From contig CALXWC010000005.1 in assembly GCA_944392265.1 (NCBI GenBank), positions 737 through 64,736 on the forward strand: a stretch of 64,000 bases of DNA. Direction: 5' to 3'. Origin of the DNA: an uncultured Alphaproteobacteria bacterium (lineage in GTDB: Bacteria; Pseudomonadota; Alphaproteobacteria; RF32; CAG-239). The notes under the pieces are model-generated. The model did no database searches and was not told the origin of the DNA. It worked only from the letters and a program-made list of their open reading frames with translations. Position numbers and translations under genes: made by a program. This document shows positions 39,909-49,357 of this stretch, piece by piece. Numbering within the stretch: position 1 is the stretch's first letter; the number at the start of each line of letters is the position of its first letter.

Positions 39909-40775
39909 TTAGCGACACTTATTGTTTTTTTGAAAAATCATATTGTTAGTATGTTCTACAGATAAAAGTTGTTGTATTTTTTGCAAACGCTGTATAACTT
40001 TCTCTGTCAACTTCGGATTATTCAATTGTTTAATCTCTAGCGCAAATTGAGGAGCTTTGGCAAGAGGTGCATAAAACATATTAACCATAAGCTCTCTAAC
40101 CGCGTCATCACCACTTTCTTGCATAAATTTTTCACGACGAAATTTAGGAACAATACAAGAAAATGAATCTACCGGCTCTACTTTTTTATCAGAAAGATTT
40201 TTAATATATTCCGAAACATACAATTTCATATTTTTGAAAATTTCTTTATTTTCCAGACCTTTTCGGCGTACAACAATATTATGTTGAACTTTTTCCGAAC
40301 CATTTAAAATTCCACACAAACTTCTGGCTGCAAAAACTTCATCCATATTTTCTATTTTATTTCTGTTTTCAAAAGAAATAACTTTTAAATTTCCATTTTC
40401 TTGTTCTTGCATAATTGCTTGTTTTAAATCGGGAATATGAACAACATTCAAAGGATGTACGGGTTCATCAGAACAAACTTCACCCTGCCATTGTGTTCTA
40501 ACCTTAAAATCATCGGCATTCATAGTATAAAGATAAGCTTCTTTGTTTTTGTAATATCTATCTAGAGCATCGGGACACATTTCAATAATCGCCATGCTTT
40601 CGTTTTTATCTATAACCGGATGCACAATAAAATCGTTATGACCTTCAATACCAAAAACATAAGCAATGGTTTTATATGGAGTAGCATAGACAAATTCTTT
40701 TCCATGAGAAGAAACTTTAGGTTCAAATTTATCAATATTTCCGACCGGAGAACAGTGATAAGCTAAATTAACCAT
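39909..40775 (-). CDS. Hypothetical protein (288 aa), no recognisable domain
   Basis: Clean 867-nt minus-strand ORF in an AT-rich interval. The trxA terminator lies upstream and the hemW stop downstream. About 270 bp of 5' intergenic space is available for its own promoter. Confidence 0.5.
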   Translation of the reverse strand: MVNLAYHCSPVGNIDKFEPKVSSHGKEFVYATPYKTIAYVFGIEGHNDFIVHPVIDKNESMAIIEMCPDALDRYYKNKEAYLYTMNADDFKVRTQWQGEVCSDEPVHPLNVVHIPDLKQAIMQEQENGNLKVISFENRNKIENMDEVFAARSLCGILNGSEKVQHNIVVRRKGLENKEIFKNMKLYVSEYIKNLSDKKVEPVDSFSCIVPKFRREKFMQESGDDAVRELMVNMFYAPLAKAPQFALEIKQLNNPKLTEKVIQRLQKIQQLLSVEHTNNMIFQKNNKCR

Positions 40776-41004
40776 ATTATCTGTCCTTTTTTATTTAATT
40801 ATTGAATAAACTCAATTTAACATAAATGTCGAATAAAAACAAGCAAAAGCAAATTTAAGACAAACAAGGCTCAATCTGATGTACCCTCAATTTATATTGA
40901 AAAACTAGAGCTTGGGTTAGCCGAACTTAATATAGGTTATCTAAAACAAATTGCTCGCACTTTTCATCAAAAAATATCCATAGAATTAGAAAATATTTAA
41001 GGCA

Positions 41005-41040
41005 CAAAAAAACCTCTCAAAATGAGAGGTCTTTTTCTTT
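41005..41040. terminator. Bidirectional terminator downstream of trxA (-)
   Basis: aaaaaaa-cctctca-aaa-tgagagg-tctttttcttt. Confidence 0.7.
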
Positions 41041-41046
41041 AGCAAA

Positions 41047-41376
41047 TTACATATGAGATTTCAACCAAGTAAGAAGAGCATCTTTAGAATTGAAACCAAC
41101 TTTAGTATCAATTTGTTGACCATCTTTGAACAAGAACATTGTCGGAATACTACGGATTCCATATTCAGAAGCAGTGTTTGGAGCCTCATCAACGTTCATT
41201 TTGCAAATTTCAACTTTATCACCAATTTCTTTAGAAACTTCTTCCAAAACACCACCCAATTGACGGCATGGGCCACACCATTCTGCCCAAAAGTCAACCA
41301 AAACCAAACCTTTAGAGTTCAAAACCTCATCTTTGAATTGACTATCATTAATTGCTCTCATTTTTTTCCCTTTCAA
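41047..41376 (-). CDS. trxA: Thioredoxin
   Basis: 109 aa. WAEWCGPCRQ active site. Confidence 0.95.
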   Translation of the reverse strand: MKGKKMRAINDSQFKDEVLNSKGLVLVDFWAEWCGPCRQLGGVLEEVSKEIGDKVEICKMNVDEAPNTASEYGIRSIPTMFLFKDGQQIDTKVGFNSKDALLTWLKSHM

Positions 41377-41420
41377 AATATTATTTTAATGCTCTAAATA
41401 TAACCTAATTTTTTTTATAT

Positions 41421-44400
41421 TCAACTAACTTTCATCAAATTGGCCGTATCTGTCCATAAGATATAAGTTTCAATTTTTTGCGTAGGATAAATCTTTGCAA
41501 TCAGTTCTTTATAGGCTGAAAGTTGTTTGATATAAGCAGGTGGAATATCAGCAATGGTCTTTGCTGCCGGTCGATTCGTCTTAAAATCAATAACCATCAC
41601 GCGGTCTTTTTCTACCACCAAACGGTCAATTTGCCCCGAAATAATTCTGTCTTTCACCTGCCCCATCACCGGAACTTCAGCTTTGGAATTTTCCCCAAAC
41701 ACGGCAGCAAAATCCGGATTTTGAAGAAGTACAGAAACTTCTTCAATCACACGATTATGCTCACGCAAAGACAAATCAGGCGCATTCTTTTGCAAAAACT
41801 CATCAATCACCAAAGCCGTATCGGCATTTTTGATTTCCGGTAAAAATTGCAAAAGTTTATGAATAATCGTACCGCGGCGATACTTGCTTTGTCCGTTTTC
41901 TTCAAGCGGAGAAGCAAAAACCTCATCATCCTCTTCTTCATCAAGTTTTGATGGTGTTAATGGCTTGGCAAGCAGGCTTTCAGCCTCAGGAATACTATGA
42001 ACCCAATCAAATTCAGGTGTTCGAACAACCGCTTTTTCTTTCTTCTCTTCATTTTCTTTATGGAACTCTTGCGCCACATTATATGCAACCACACCGTCAT
42101 CTTGCACCACACCAATTTTGGCAAAGCTCTGCTGACAAAGTGCATACCATGATTCCTCATTTGGTTCTTTACTTTTGGTATAGCCGCAAATATATAATCT
42201 GTCTTCGGCTCTGGTTAAAGCCACATACAAAAGACGGCGATATTCTTCCAAAGAAAGTTCTTTTTCTTCTTGTTTCAGACGTTTGCAGTTTTCTTCATAA
42301 TTTTGTGAAGAAAAAGGATAATACATCACATCATCATCAAGTAAAAGCCCAGCCTCGTTTTTAATGCTTTTAACGCGCACCGTATCCGGCAAAATCACAA
42401 TCGGAGCCTGCAAACCTTTGGAGCCATGCACGGTCATAATTCGTACGGCATCGGCATCGCTTTGCTCTTGCTCACGTTTGATTTCTACCTCATCTTGCGC
42501 AATCCAGTTCACAAAATTTTGCAAGCTGGGAATATGCTCTTGCTCAAAATTCAAGGTTAAGTTTACAAACTCATCAATACCATCTATTGCTTCTTCACCA
42601 AGACGAGTAACAAACTTTTTGCGTCCCTGCATTTTGTTCAAGATATAAGCATAAAGCTCAAACGGGCGCACATAATCTGCCATGTTCAGCAAGGTTTGCA
42701 ATTCGGAATAAGTTTCTCTGTATGCCGGATTATCTCCGAGTTTGCTCCAAAGAGAAGCATGACCGCGATTATAACAAAGTTTGAACAAATCATCATCATC
42801 AAGCCCGAAGAGCGGAGATTTCAAAATTGTTGCTAAGGTCAAATCATCAGCCGGAAGCAATAAAAATTTGGCGATTGCCACCAAATCTTGAATGGCAATT
42901 TGTTCAAGAAGTTTGATTTTATCCACGCCGGCAATGTTCACATCGGCATTTTTGCACTCTCGCACCAATTCTTCTACAAAGCTGTTGCGGCGTTGCACCA
43001 AAATCATAAAATCGGCAAAGCGCACCGGTCGATCTTGTGAAACCAAAATCTCTTTGTTTTCAACTATTTCTTTGATTTTAAGCGCAATCATCTTAGCCAA
43101 ACGCGAGCTCGTAGAAGAAGCTACTTTACGCTCAATCGGCGGCAGATAAACATCGGGGTTCTCATCTTCTTCTGCTTCCACCAAAGGCCAAATCTCAACC
43201 TTGCCGCCATCACCGATACGTGACGGCACGTGGGTCATGTCTTGTTCAATCGGCACCACGCCTTGTTTGGCTTGCGGCATAGAAAATACCTGATTAACCG
43301 TATCTAAAATTGCCGCTGTGGAACGGAAAGAAACATCCAAATTCACTTCTTCAAAGTTGTTTGAGGGCGCCAATTTCTCAGCAAAATAACGACGCATATT
43401 GTCAAATTCTTTAGGGTCTGCCCCTTGGAAAGAATAAATAGATTGCTTACGGTCGCCCACGGCAAAAATCGTGCGGGTTTGGTTGGAAGAGCTTGCGCCG
43501 TCAAAAAAGTCTTCCGTTACCGCGCGGATAATTGCCCATTGGTCGGGAGATGTATCTTGCGCCTCATCAATCAACACATTATCAATACCGCCGTCCAATT
43601 TGAACAATACCCAATCGGCAACGCTTTTATCTTCCAATAACTCACGTGTGAGGACAATCAAATCCTCATAATCCATTTTGGAATGAAAACGCTTATAAGC
43701 ATTATAACCGCCGATTAAATCTTCCGCCAAATATAAAACCGCTTTGGTGGTTTCAAACAAACCGACAGCTGCCAACTTATTGTTAAGCTCAATCACGCTT
43801 TCGGCCAAAGCAAACATTTTTTCTTCCGCTTCCGGATAGATTTTGAGCACATCTTTGGTCGCCAATTTAGCTCTGATTTTTCCGCTGGTTAAAAATACAT
43901 TTTGAAAGGCATCATAATTTTCGACATTCAAGCCTTTTTCCAAGATATTGGCAAAAATAGTTGCGTTTTTGTTATCGGTAGTTTTGCCGGCAAACAATGC
44001 ATTCATCAGGGATTTGAGCTCATCTTTATTGAGTTTTTCAGCATAGTCAGCAATCACGCTGTCTTTACTATCGGTTGGATTTATGCCAAGCTTTTGCGCT
44101 GTATGGCTGAGAAGCTCATCCACATTTTTATATTTATGAAGCAATCGAGAGATTTTATTACGATTCGCCGCCAAATTATTCATAATTTTCGGGAACGTAA
44201 ATTCACTCACATTTTGCGTGATAAAAGCCAAAGATTGAGAAGATTTGCTATTCGGATTCAGCTCAATCTGGCGCAACAAATGCGCTTTCACTTCTTCCAA
44301 AGCCTCTGCCGCGGCGCGGTCATCCATCACCTCAAAATAAGGCGAAATTTTGGCTTCCAAAGGAAAGCGTTTCAAAATCTCTTGGCAAAAACTGTGAATG

Positions 44401-44813
44401 GTCTGAATCTTCATACCCCCGGGGGTATCAAGCAACACCGCAAACAGCTTGCGCGCCGTGGCCAAGAACTTTTCCCCATCTTTCAAGTTCAAGACATCTT
44501 GCCCCAAAAGTGCCGAAATTTCTTCTTGCAGTTTTTCTTCTTTTGCCACAGCCCAACGGCTCAAACGTCCGGCAATACGCGTGTTCATCTCCACAGCTGC
44601 TGCTTTGGTATAGGTCAAACACAAAATTTTGGCAGGCGGCACACCCTTAAGCAACAAGCGCAACACCCTGTCTGAAAGCACTTTGGTTTTGCCGGTTCCG
44701 GCAGAGGCTTCCACCCAAACCGATTTATCTGGGTTAGAGGCTTTGCGTTGCTTTTGCGTGGCCAACAAAGAGCGATTTTCTCTTTCTTTTTTAATATCCG
44801 TCATCAAAATCAC
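41421..44813 (-). CDS. addA: Double-strand break repair helicase/nuclease AddA (UvrD-like helicase with C-terminal PD-(D/E)xK nuclease)
   Basis: 1130 aa. Walker A ASAGTGKTKVL, UvrD helicase motifs, C-terminal nuclease region. The start may be MTDIKK (44804) rather than 44813. Overlaps the addB 3' end. Confidence 0.88.
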   Translation of the reverse strand: MILMTDIKKERENRSLLATQKQRKASNPDKSVWVEASAGTGKTKVLSDRVLRLLLKGVPPAKILCLTYTKAAAVEMNTRIAGRLSRWAVAKEEKLQEEISALLGQDVLNLKDGEKFLATARKLFAVLLDTPGGMKIQTIHSFCQEILKRFPLEAKISPYFEVMDDRAAAEALEEVKAHLLRQIELNPNSKSSQSLAFITQNVSEFTFPKIMNNLAANRNKISRLLHKYKNVDELLSHTAQKLGINPTDSKDSVIADYAEKLNKDELKSLMNALFAGKTTDNKNATIFANILEKGLNVENYDAFQNVFLTSGKIRAKLATKDVLKIYPEAEEKMFALAESVIELNNKLAAVGLFETTKAVLYLAEDLIGGYNAYKRFHSKMDYEDLIVLTRELLEDKSVADWVLFKLDGGIDNVLIDEAQDTSPDQWAIIRAVTEDFFDGASSSNQTRTIFAVGDRKQSIYSFQGADPKEFDNMRRYFAEKLAPSNNFEEVNLDVSFRSTAAILDTVNQVFSMPQAKQGVVPIEQDMTHVPSRIGDGGKVEIWPLVEAEEDENPDVYLPPIERKVASSTSSRLAKMIALKIKEIVENKEILVSQDRPVRFADFMILVQRRNSFVEELVRECKNADVNIAGVDKIKLLEQIAIQDLVAIAKFLLLPADDLTLATILKSPLFGLDDDDLFKLCYNRGHASLWSKLGDNPAYRETYSELQTLLNMADYVRPFELYAYILNKMQGRKKFVTRLGEEAIDGIDEFVNLTLNFEQEHIPSLQNFVNWIAQDEVEIKREQEQSDADAVRIMTVHGSKGLQAPIVILPDTVRVKSIKNEAGLLLDDDVMYYPFSSQNYEENCKRLKQEEKELSLEEYRRLLYVALTRAEDRLYICGYTKSKEPNEESWYALCQQSFAKIGVVQDDGVVAYNVAQEFHKENEEKKEKAVVRTPEFDWVHSIPEAESLLAKPLTPSKLDEEEDDEVFASPLEENGQSKYRRGTIIHKLLQFLPEIKNADTALVIDEFLQKNAPDLSLREHNRVIEEVSVLLQNPDFAAVFGENSKAEVPVMGQVKDRIISGQIDRLVVEKDRVMVIDFKTNRPAAKTIADIPPAYIKQLSAYKELIAKIYPTQKIETYILWTDTANLMKVS

Positions 44814-47701
44814 TCCTCTGTATCACTCTCAACCACCGACCATTCTTTCACGCGTGCCAAATGCTCATAATCAGAATATTCCGGCACATTTTTTGGATTC
44901 GGTCGGCTTAAATAAGGTGTATCTTCAAAATCAAACAAATTAATCAACTTAGCAATATTTTCCAAGTTGCGGTTTAGCGTTGCTTCCATATCGCCGCCAA
45001 TCACCGTTTCTTTGCGCCCAAGCTGCCAATAAATAAGCTCAGAAATTGCCTTTTTATCAATACCGGCAAAACCACCGGCTTGCGCAATCAATCCCTCAAT
45101 CGGCAACTGCGGAGCTTTACCTGTTTCCACTTCTTTTTTGGAGCGTGCTCTACCGGTCTTATAGTCAATAATATTAATTTTGCCGTCTTTGGTTTCATCC
45201 ACACGGTCAGCTTTGGCGGTTAAAACAAAATCTCCGGCCGGCGCATTGAGCGTGAGCTTACCTTTCACTTCATTGTGAACTCGTTTGATGTTGGCGCGAT
45301 ATTCTTTTTCTTTAGCAACCACCCAAGAAACGGTCTTCACAAAATTCGGCCACCAAAAAGCACGTGTTTCTTGCGCAATTTCATTTTCGGCAAAATATTT
45401 TTCACCCAGCGCCAAAAATTCCGCTTCCGCATTATCGGGAAAATCGCTCGGGTGCAGATTGTTAAATTCTTCCAAAATGGCATGGATAATATTACCATAA
45501 TCCGCCATTGATAAATCTTGCTCAATTTCTTCCAACGGCTTGAGCTTTAAGATATATTTGGCAAAAATAGCATAAGGGTCGCGCATCCACATTTCCACAT
45601 TGCTGGCAGACATCTCACGCGGACGAGCATAAACCGGCGGTTTGGGTGCCGGAGGCAAAATTTTGACATATTCTTGCGGCTTATCCAAATCTTTGGCAAT
45701 CAGGCGATAAATCACATCTTCCAATGCTCCGGCTTCATAGCCCAAAGCTTTTAACACCGTTTCCAAACGCAACCACCAACGTGAACGCACCTGCGGTGTG
45801 CCTTGCACTTTTTCGGCGCGGGTTAAATAAAGCTCCTCGCCGCCCATAAACTCGGCAAAATCTTTGGCCATAATGCCAATGGCTTTCTCAGGTAAGGGAA
45901 ATCCAAATTCTTTTTTCATCGGACGCGACATCCATGGGTCAGAGGTAGCAGTTTTGGGCCAGATACCTTCGTTCACTTCACCCAAAATCGTCACGTCATA
46001 TTTCACCAAACGCGCCTCAATCGGCCCCAAAATCTTTAGTCTCGGGTGTGTGCCAAACTTCGGACGCACGGTCACACTGCTCATCAAGGCTTCAATCAGG
46101 CTTAAATATTCTTGCGCTTCTACCTCACCTAACACTTCGGCTTTTTCGAGTAAATCTGCAAAGAAATGTGCAGCTGCTTCTCCGGCATCACCTTTCCACA
46201 AATTAAGCGCACCGGCTTTTATGTCTGTGGCCGCCAAAGCTTCCGCTACTTGCAAATGGGCTTGAATAAGTGCTTTCAAATCAGCCTTTTGCTCAAGATA
46301 AAGGTTATAAAGCGGCGCAAAAACTTCTTTCATATTTTGCTCAAAGGCTTGCAAGTTTTCATCTTCTTGTTGCGCACGCCAAATTTTCTCTTCCAAAATG
46401 CGGCTCATGCGACGCACTTCACCGTTTTTCTGCCCATTATTGGTAAGCGGATGCTTGAGCAAACTCAAAAAATCTATTCGGTTAAAATCAGTTTCACAAA
46501 CTTTTGCCACCAAACGCAAAAAGTTTCCAACCGGAGTTAAAGACAAAGGCTTTCCGGCTGAATCATCAACCTTAATTTCCCAGCGCTCGAGTTCACTTGC
46601 CACACGGCGCGCCAAGTTTCTGTCTGAGGTAATAAGCGCCGCGGTTTTTTCCGGCTCTTCCAAAGTTTCACGCATAATCAGCGCAATTGCCAAAGCCTCT
46701 TCTCTGATATCGGCACAATCAATCAGACTAATACCGGCTGTTGCCTCAATACCAAGTTTTTTCTTTTGAATATCACGCCATTTATCGGTGGTTTTTGCCG
46801 GACGCATAATCTCGGAAATAAGTTCTTCACGTGGTTTGTTTTGCGCTTCTACCAAATCGGCAATTTGCGTGCGCTCAATCTGCAAATAATCAAGCAAAAG
46901 CTTAAACTCAAACTGCGGGTGAGTTTCATCTATCTCTTGCCAATCAACGTCGTCCAAATCTCTATCCAAGCCGGAGAGAATAACCTCGCCTTTGGGCAAA
47001 TTCAAAACCGTTTGCACCAACTCTTTCATGGCTGGGTAAGTGGCGGTGGTTCCGGCAATGATAATGCGTTTATCAGGCTTGGTTTCCGCCCATTGACGGC
47101 TTTGCGCGCGAATAAGCAGATTGCGCCGCTCACTTGGGTCAATCAAATTTCTTTCTTTGAGAATATCCGGCCAAAAACGGGTGATGATTTCCAAAAACTT
47201 CAAAGTTTCTTGCCAGTGCGCGGCATATTCTTCCGGCACCAGATTTTGCAAATTGGCAAAGCTCAAATCTTCATTATTAACCGTATCAATGAGGTTAGCG
47301 AGCTCTTGCGCCAAAAAACAAGCTTGGTTGAGGGGGATTTTCTCCAAACCAAAATCAGAAGGTTTAGCCATAATGATTTTGGTAAAAAGGAGCAAACGTT
47401 CGTTGCGCTCTATGGCAGGAGGGAGGTTCAAAATCTCGACATCGCTGTCAAGGCCGGATAGAAAAAGCTCATCTTCTTCCACATCGCCAATCGGTATCAT
47501 CTTCGGCAATAAGGTTGGTGCCATACCTTGCGCACGCACAAAAGCATCGGCCATTGATTTCACCGCACGACGATTAGGCAGAAGGAGCAAAACCTCAGCT
47601 AATTCTAACGGATTATTTTGATATTCAGCCAAAAGTTTGCCTGCCAAAGTATCAACAAAAGAGCAGGTTGCAGGAATGTTATACAATCGGCAGGCAGACA
47701 T
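44810..47701 (-). CDS. addB: Double-strand break repair protein AddB (alphaproteobacterial type)
   Basis: 963 aa. Immediately upstream of addA on the same strand. Inactivated-helicase-like N-region and C-terminal nuclease region. Confidence 0.8.
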   Translation of the reverse strand: MSACRLYNIPATCSFVDTLAGKLLAEYQNNPLELAEVLLLLPNRRAVKSMADAFVRAQGMAPTLLPKMIPIGDVEEDELFLSGLDSDVEILNLPPAIERNERLLLFTKIIMAKPSDFGLEKIPLNQACFLAQELANLIDTVNNEDLSFANLQNLVPEEYAAHWQETLKFLEIITRFWPDILKERNLIDPSERRNLLIRAQSRQWAETKPDKRIIIAGTTATYPAMKELVQTVLNLPKGEVILSGLDRDLDDVDWQEIDETHPQFEFKLLLDYLQIERTQIADLVEAQNKPREELISEIMRPAKTTDKWRDIQKKKLGIEATAGISLIDCADIREEALAIALIMRETLEEPEKTAALITSDRNLARRVASELERWEIKVDDSAGKPLSLTPVGNFLRLVAKVCETDFNRIDFLSLLKHPLTNNGQKNGEVRRMSRILEEKIWRAQQEDENLQAFEQNMKEVFAPLYNLYLEQKADLKALIQAHLQVAEALAATDIKAGALNLWKGDAGEAAAHFFADLLEKAEVLGEVEAQEYLSLIEALMSSVTVRPKFGTHPRLKILGPIEARLVKYDVTILGEVNEGIWPKTATSDPWMSRPMKKEFGFPLPEKAIGIMAKDFAEFMGGEELYLTRAEKVQGTPQVRSRWWLRLETVLKALGYEAGALEDVIYRLIAKDLDKPQEYVKILPPAPKPPVYARPREMSASNVEMWMRDPYAIFAKYILKLKPLEEIEQDLSMADYGNIIHAILEEFNNLHPSDFPDNAEAEFLALGEKYFAENEIAQETRAFWWPNFVKTVSWVVAKEKEYRANIKRVHNEVKGKLTLNAPAGDFVLTAKADRVDETKDGKINIIDYKTGRARSKKEVETGKAPQLPIEGLIAQAGGFAGIDKKAISELIYWQLGRKETVIGGDMEATLNRNLENIAKLINLFDFEDTPYLSRPNPKNVPEYSDYEHLARVKEWSVVESDTEE

Positions 47702-47704
47702 TTT

Positions 47705-48295
47705 TTACAAACTTTCTAAATAAGCCACAAATTTTTTGCAGGCATTGCCGCGGTGAGAAATTTTATTTTTCTCTTCTTTAGGCAAATCGCCAAAAGTTTG
47801 GTCATAACCATTGGGTTTGAAAATTGGGTCATAACCAAAACCGCCCTTGCCTTCTTTGCTTTCCGTAATCACACCGTTGACACGACCTTCAAAAACTTTT
47901 GTGTCTTCACCAGGTACGGCAAAAGCCATTACACAAGCAAAATAAGCCGAACGGTCATTTGAGCCACTATCTTTAATTTCTTTAAGGAGCATATCCATGC
48001 CTTTGTCAAAATCACGGTCAGGCGCATAACGTGCAGAATAAACCCCAGGACGACCGTTTAAGGCATTCACACACAAGCCGGAGTCATCTGCCAAGCAAGG
48101 AAGTCCGCTGATTTTGCAAAGTTCATCAGCCTTGAGGCGAGAATTTTCTTCAAAAGTGGTGCCGGTTTCCTCAACATCAGGCAAGTTCAAATCAGCAGCA
48201 GAAACAACCTGAATGTTAAAAGGTTTCAGCATTTGACCGATTTCTTGCACTTTGCCTTGATTATGGCTGGCTAAAACAATTTTATCAAATTTCAT
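47705..48295 (-). CDS. rdgB: Non-canonical purine NTP pyrophosphatase (dITP/XTP pyrophosphatase) RdgB
   Basis: 196 aa. ASHNQGKVQE N-terminal motif and FGYDPIF motif. Confidence 0.9.
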   Translation of the reverse strand: MKFDKIVLASHNQGKVQEIGQMLKPFNIQVVSAADLNLPDVEETGTTFEENSRLKADELCKISGLPCLADDSGLCVNALNGRPGVYSARYAPDRDFDKGMDMLLKEIKDSGSNDRSAYFACVMAFAVPGEDTKVFEGRVNGVITESKEGKGGFGYDPIFKPNGYDQTFGDLPKEEKNKISHRGNACKKFVAYLESL

Positions 48296-48298
48296 ATC

Positions 48299-49009
48299 TT
48301 ATTTTCCCAATGCTTGTTTTTGTTTTTCAATAAGTTCGGCAACACCCTTACGAGCCAAAGCAAAAAGCTGATTAAACTGATTTTCATCAAAAGGTTTACC
48401 TTCCGCCGTGCCTTGAATTTCCACAATTTTATTATCATCGGTCAAAACAAAATTCATATCCACTTCAGCGGTTGAATCTTCTTCATAGTCCACATCCAAA
48501 ACACATTCACCGTTGCAAATGCCGCAAGAAATGGCTGCAACCATACCTTTGAGCGGATTAACCAGAAGTTTTTTCTCATTTTGGAGTTTTTGCAAAGCCA
48601 AAGCTAGAGCCACATAACCACCTGTTATGGAAGCGGTACGTGTACCACCGTCGGCTTGCAAAACATCGCAGTCTATGCAGATGGAAATATCTTTCATAGC
48701 CTCTAAATCAACCACCGCACGCAAAGCTCTGCCGACAAGGCGTTGAATTTCTTGTGAGCGACCCGATGGTTTTTTAGTTTCTCTCGGGATTCTGGTTTGA
48801 GCCGAACGCGGCAACATCGCATATTCTGCGGTAACCCAACCTTTGTTTTGTCCTTTAAGCCAAGAAGGAAGCTTGTCTTCCACACTGGCGGTACAAACCA
48901 CATGGGTATTGCCGCATTTAATCAGGCAAGAACCTTCGGCATAGGGGTTAAAATGGGGGATAATTTCAACTTCACGAATTTGATTATTTTCACGATGAGA
49001 ATGACGCAT
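48299..49009 (-). CDS. rph: Ribonuclease PH
   Basis: 236 aa. RNase PH/PNPase core (DADGGTRTASITG). Conserved rph-rdgB adjacency. Confidence 0.92.
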   Translation of the reverse strand: MRHSHRENNQIREVEIIPHFNPYAEGSCLIKCGNTHVVCTASVEDKLPSWLKGQNKGWVTAEYAMLPRSAQTRIPRETKKPSGRSQEIQRLVGRALRAVVDLEAMKDISICIDCDVLQADGGTRTASITGGYVALALALQKLQNEKKLLVNPLKGMVAAISCGICNGECVLDVDYEEDSTAEVDMNFVLTDDNKIVEIQGTAEGKPFDENQFNQLFALARKGVAELIEKQKQALGK

Positions 49010-49189
49010 TTTATTCTTCTTTCATTCAAGTTTCAAAACTGATATGAAGATAGACCAGATTTGCCCTTTCATCAAGCATTAATGTCATTTAAAACAGCAA
49101 AATTTGGATTCAGTAGAATACAAATTTTTATAAAAACTCAGAGAATGAGAAAAATAATAAGAAACAAGAAAAAAATTTGAGACGGCCGC

Positions 49190-49225
49190 AAAAGAAAGCA
49201 CTTGAATGTGCTTTCTTTAAGGAGA
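49190..49225 (-). terminator. Candidate terminator hairpin about 140 nt downstream of the GT5 gene
   Basis: Minus-strand gaaagcac-attcaa-gtgctttc followed by ttttgcgg. Confidence 0.35.
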
Positions 49226-49357
49226 CGCAATGAGACTTGGCTTTGGCAGAATGCGACAGCTTTCACAGCAAAGCCTTAGTCGGAATTGGTACATATTAGT
49301 AAATGACCGAAAAATTTTATTCGCAGTTTCTGTATTAGTTTTCCGTTATATGAGTTT

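Noticed and set aside
43902-44675. 257-aa + strand ORF (and several 60-140-aa ORFs) inside addA, and 46766..47461 (231 aa) inside addB
   Set aside because: Antisense shadow ORFs within long helicase-nuclease genes. No start context, no recognisable family, and the opposite strand is clearly coding.
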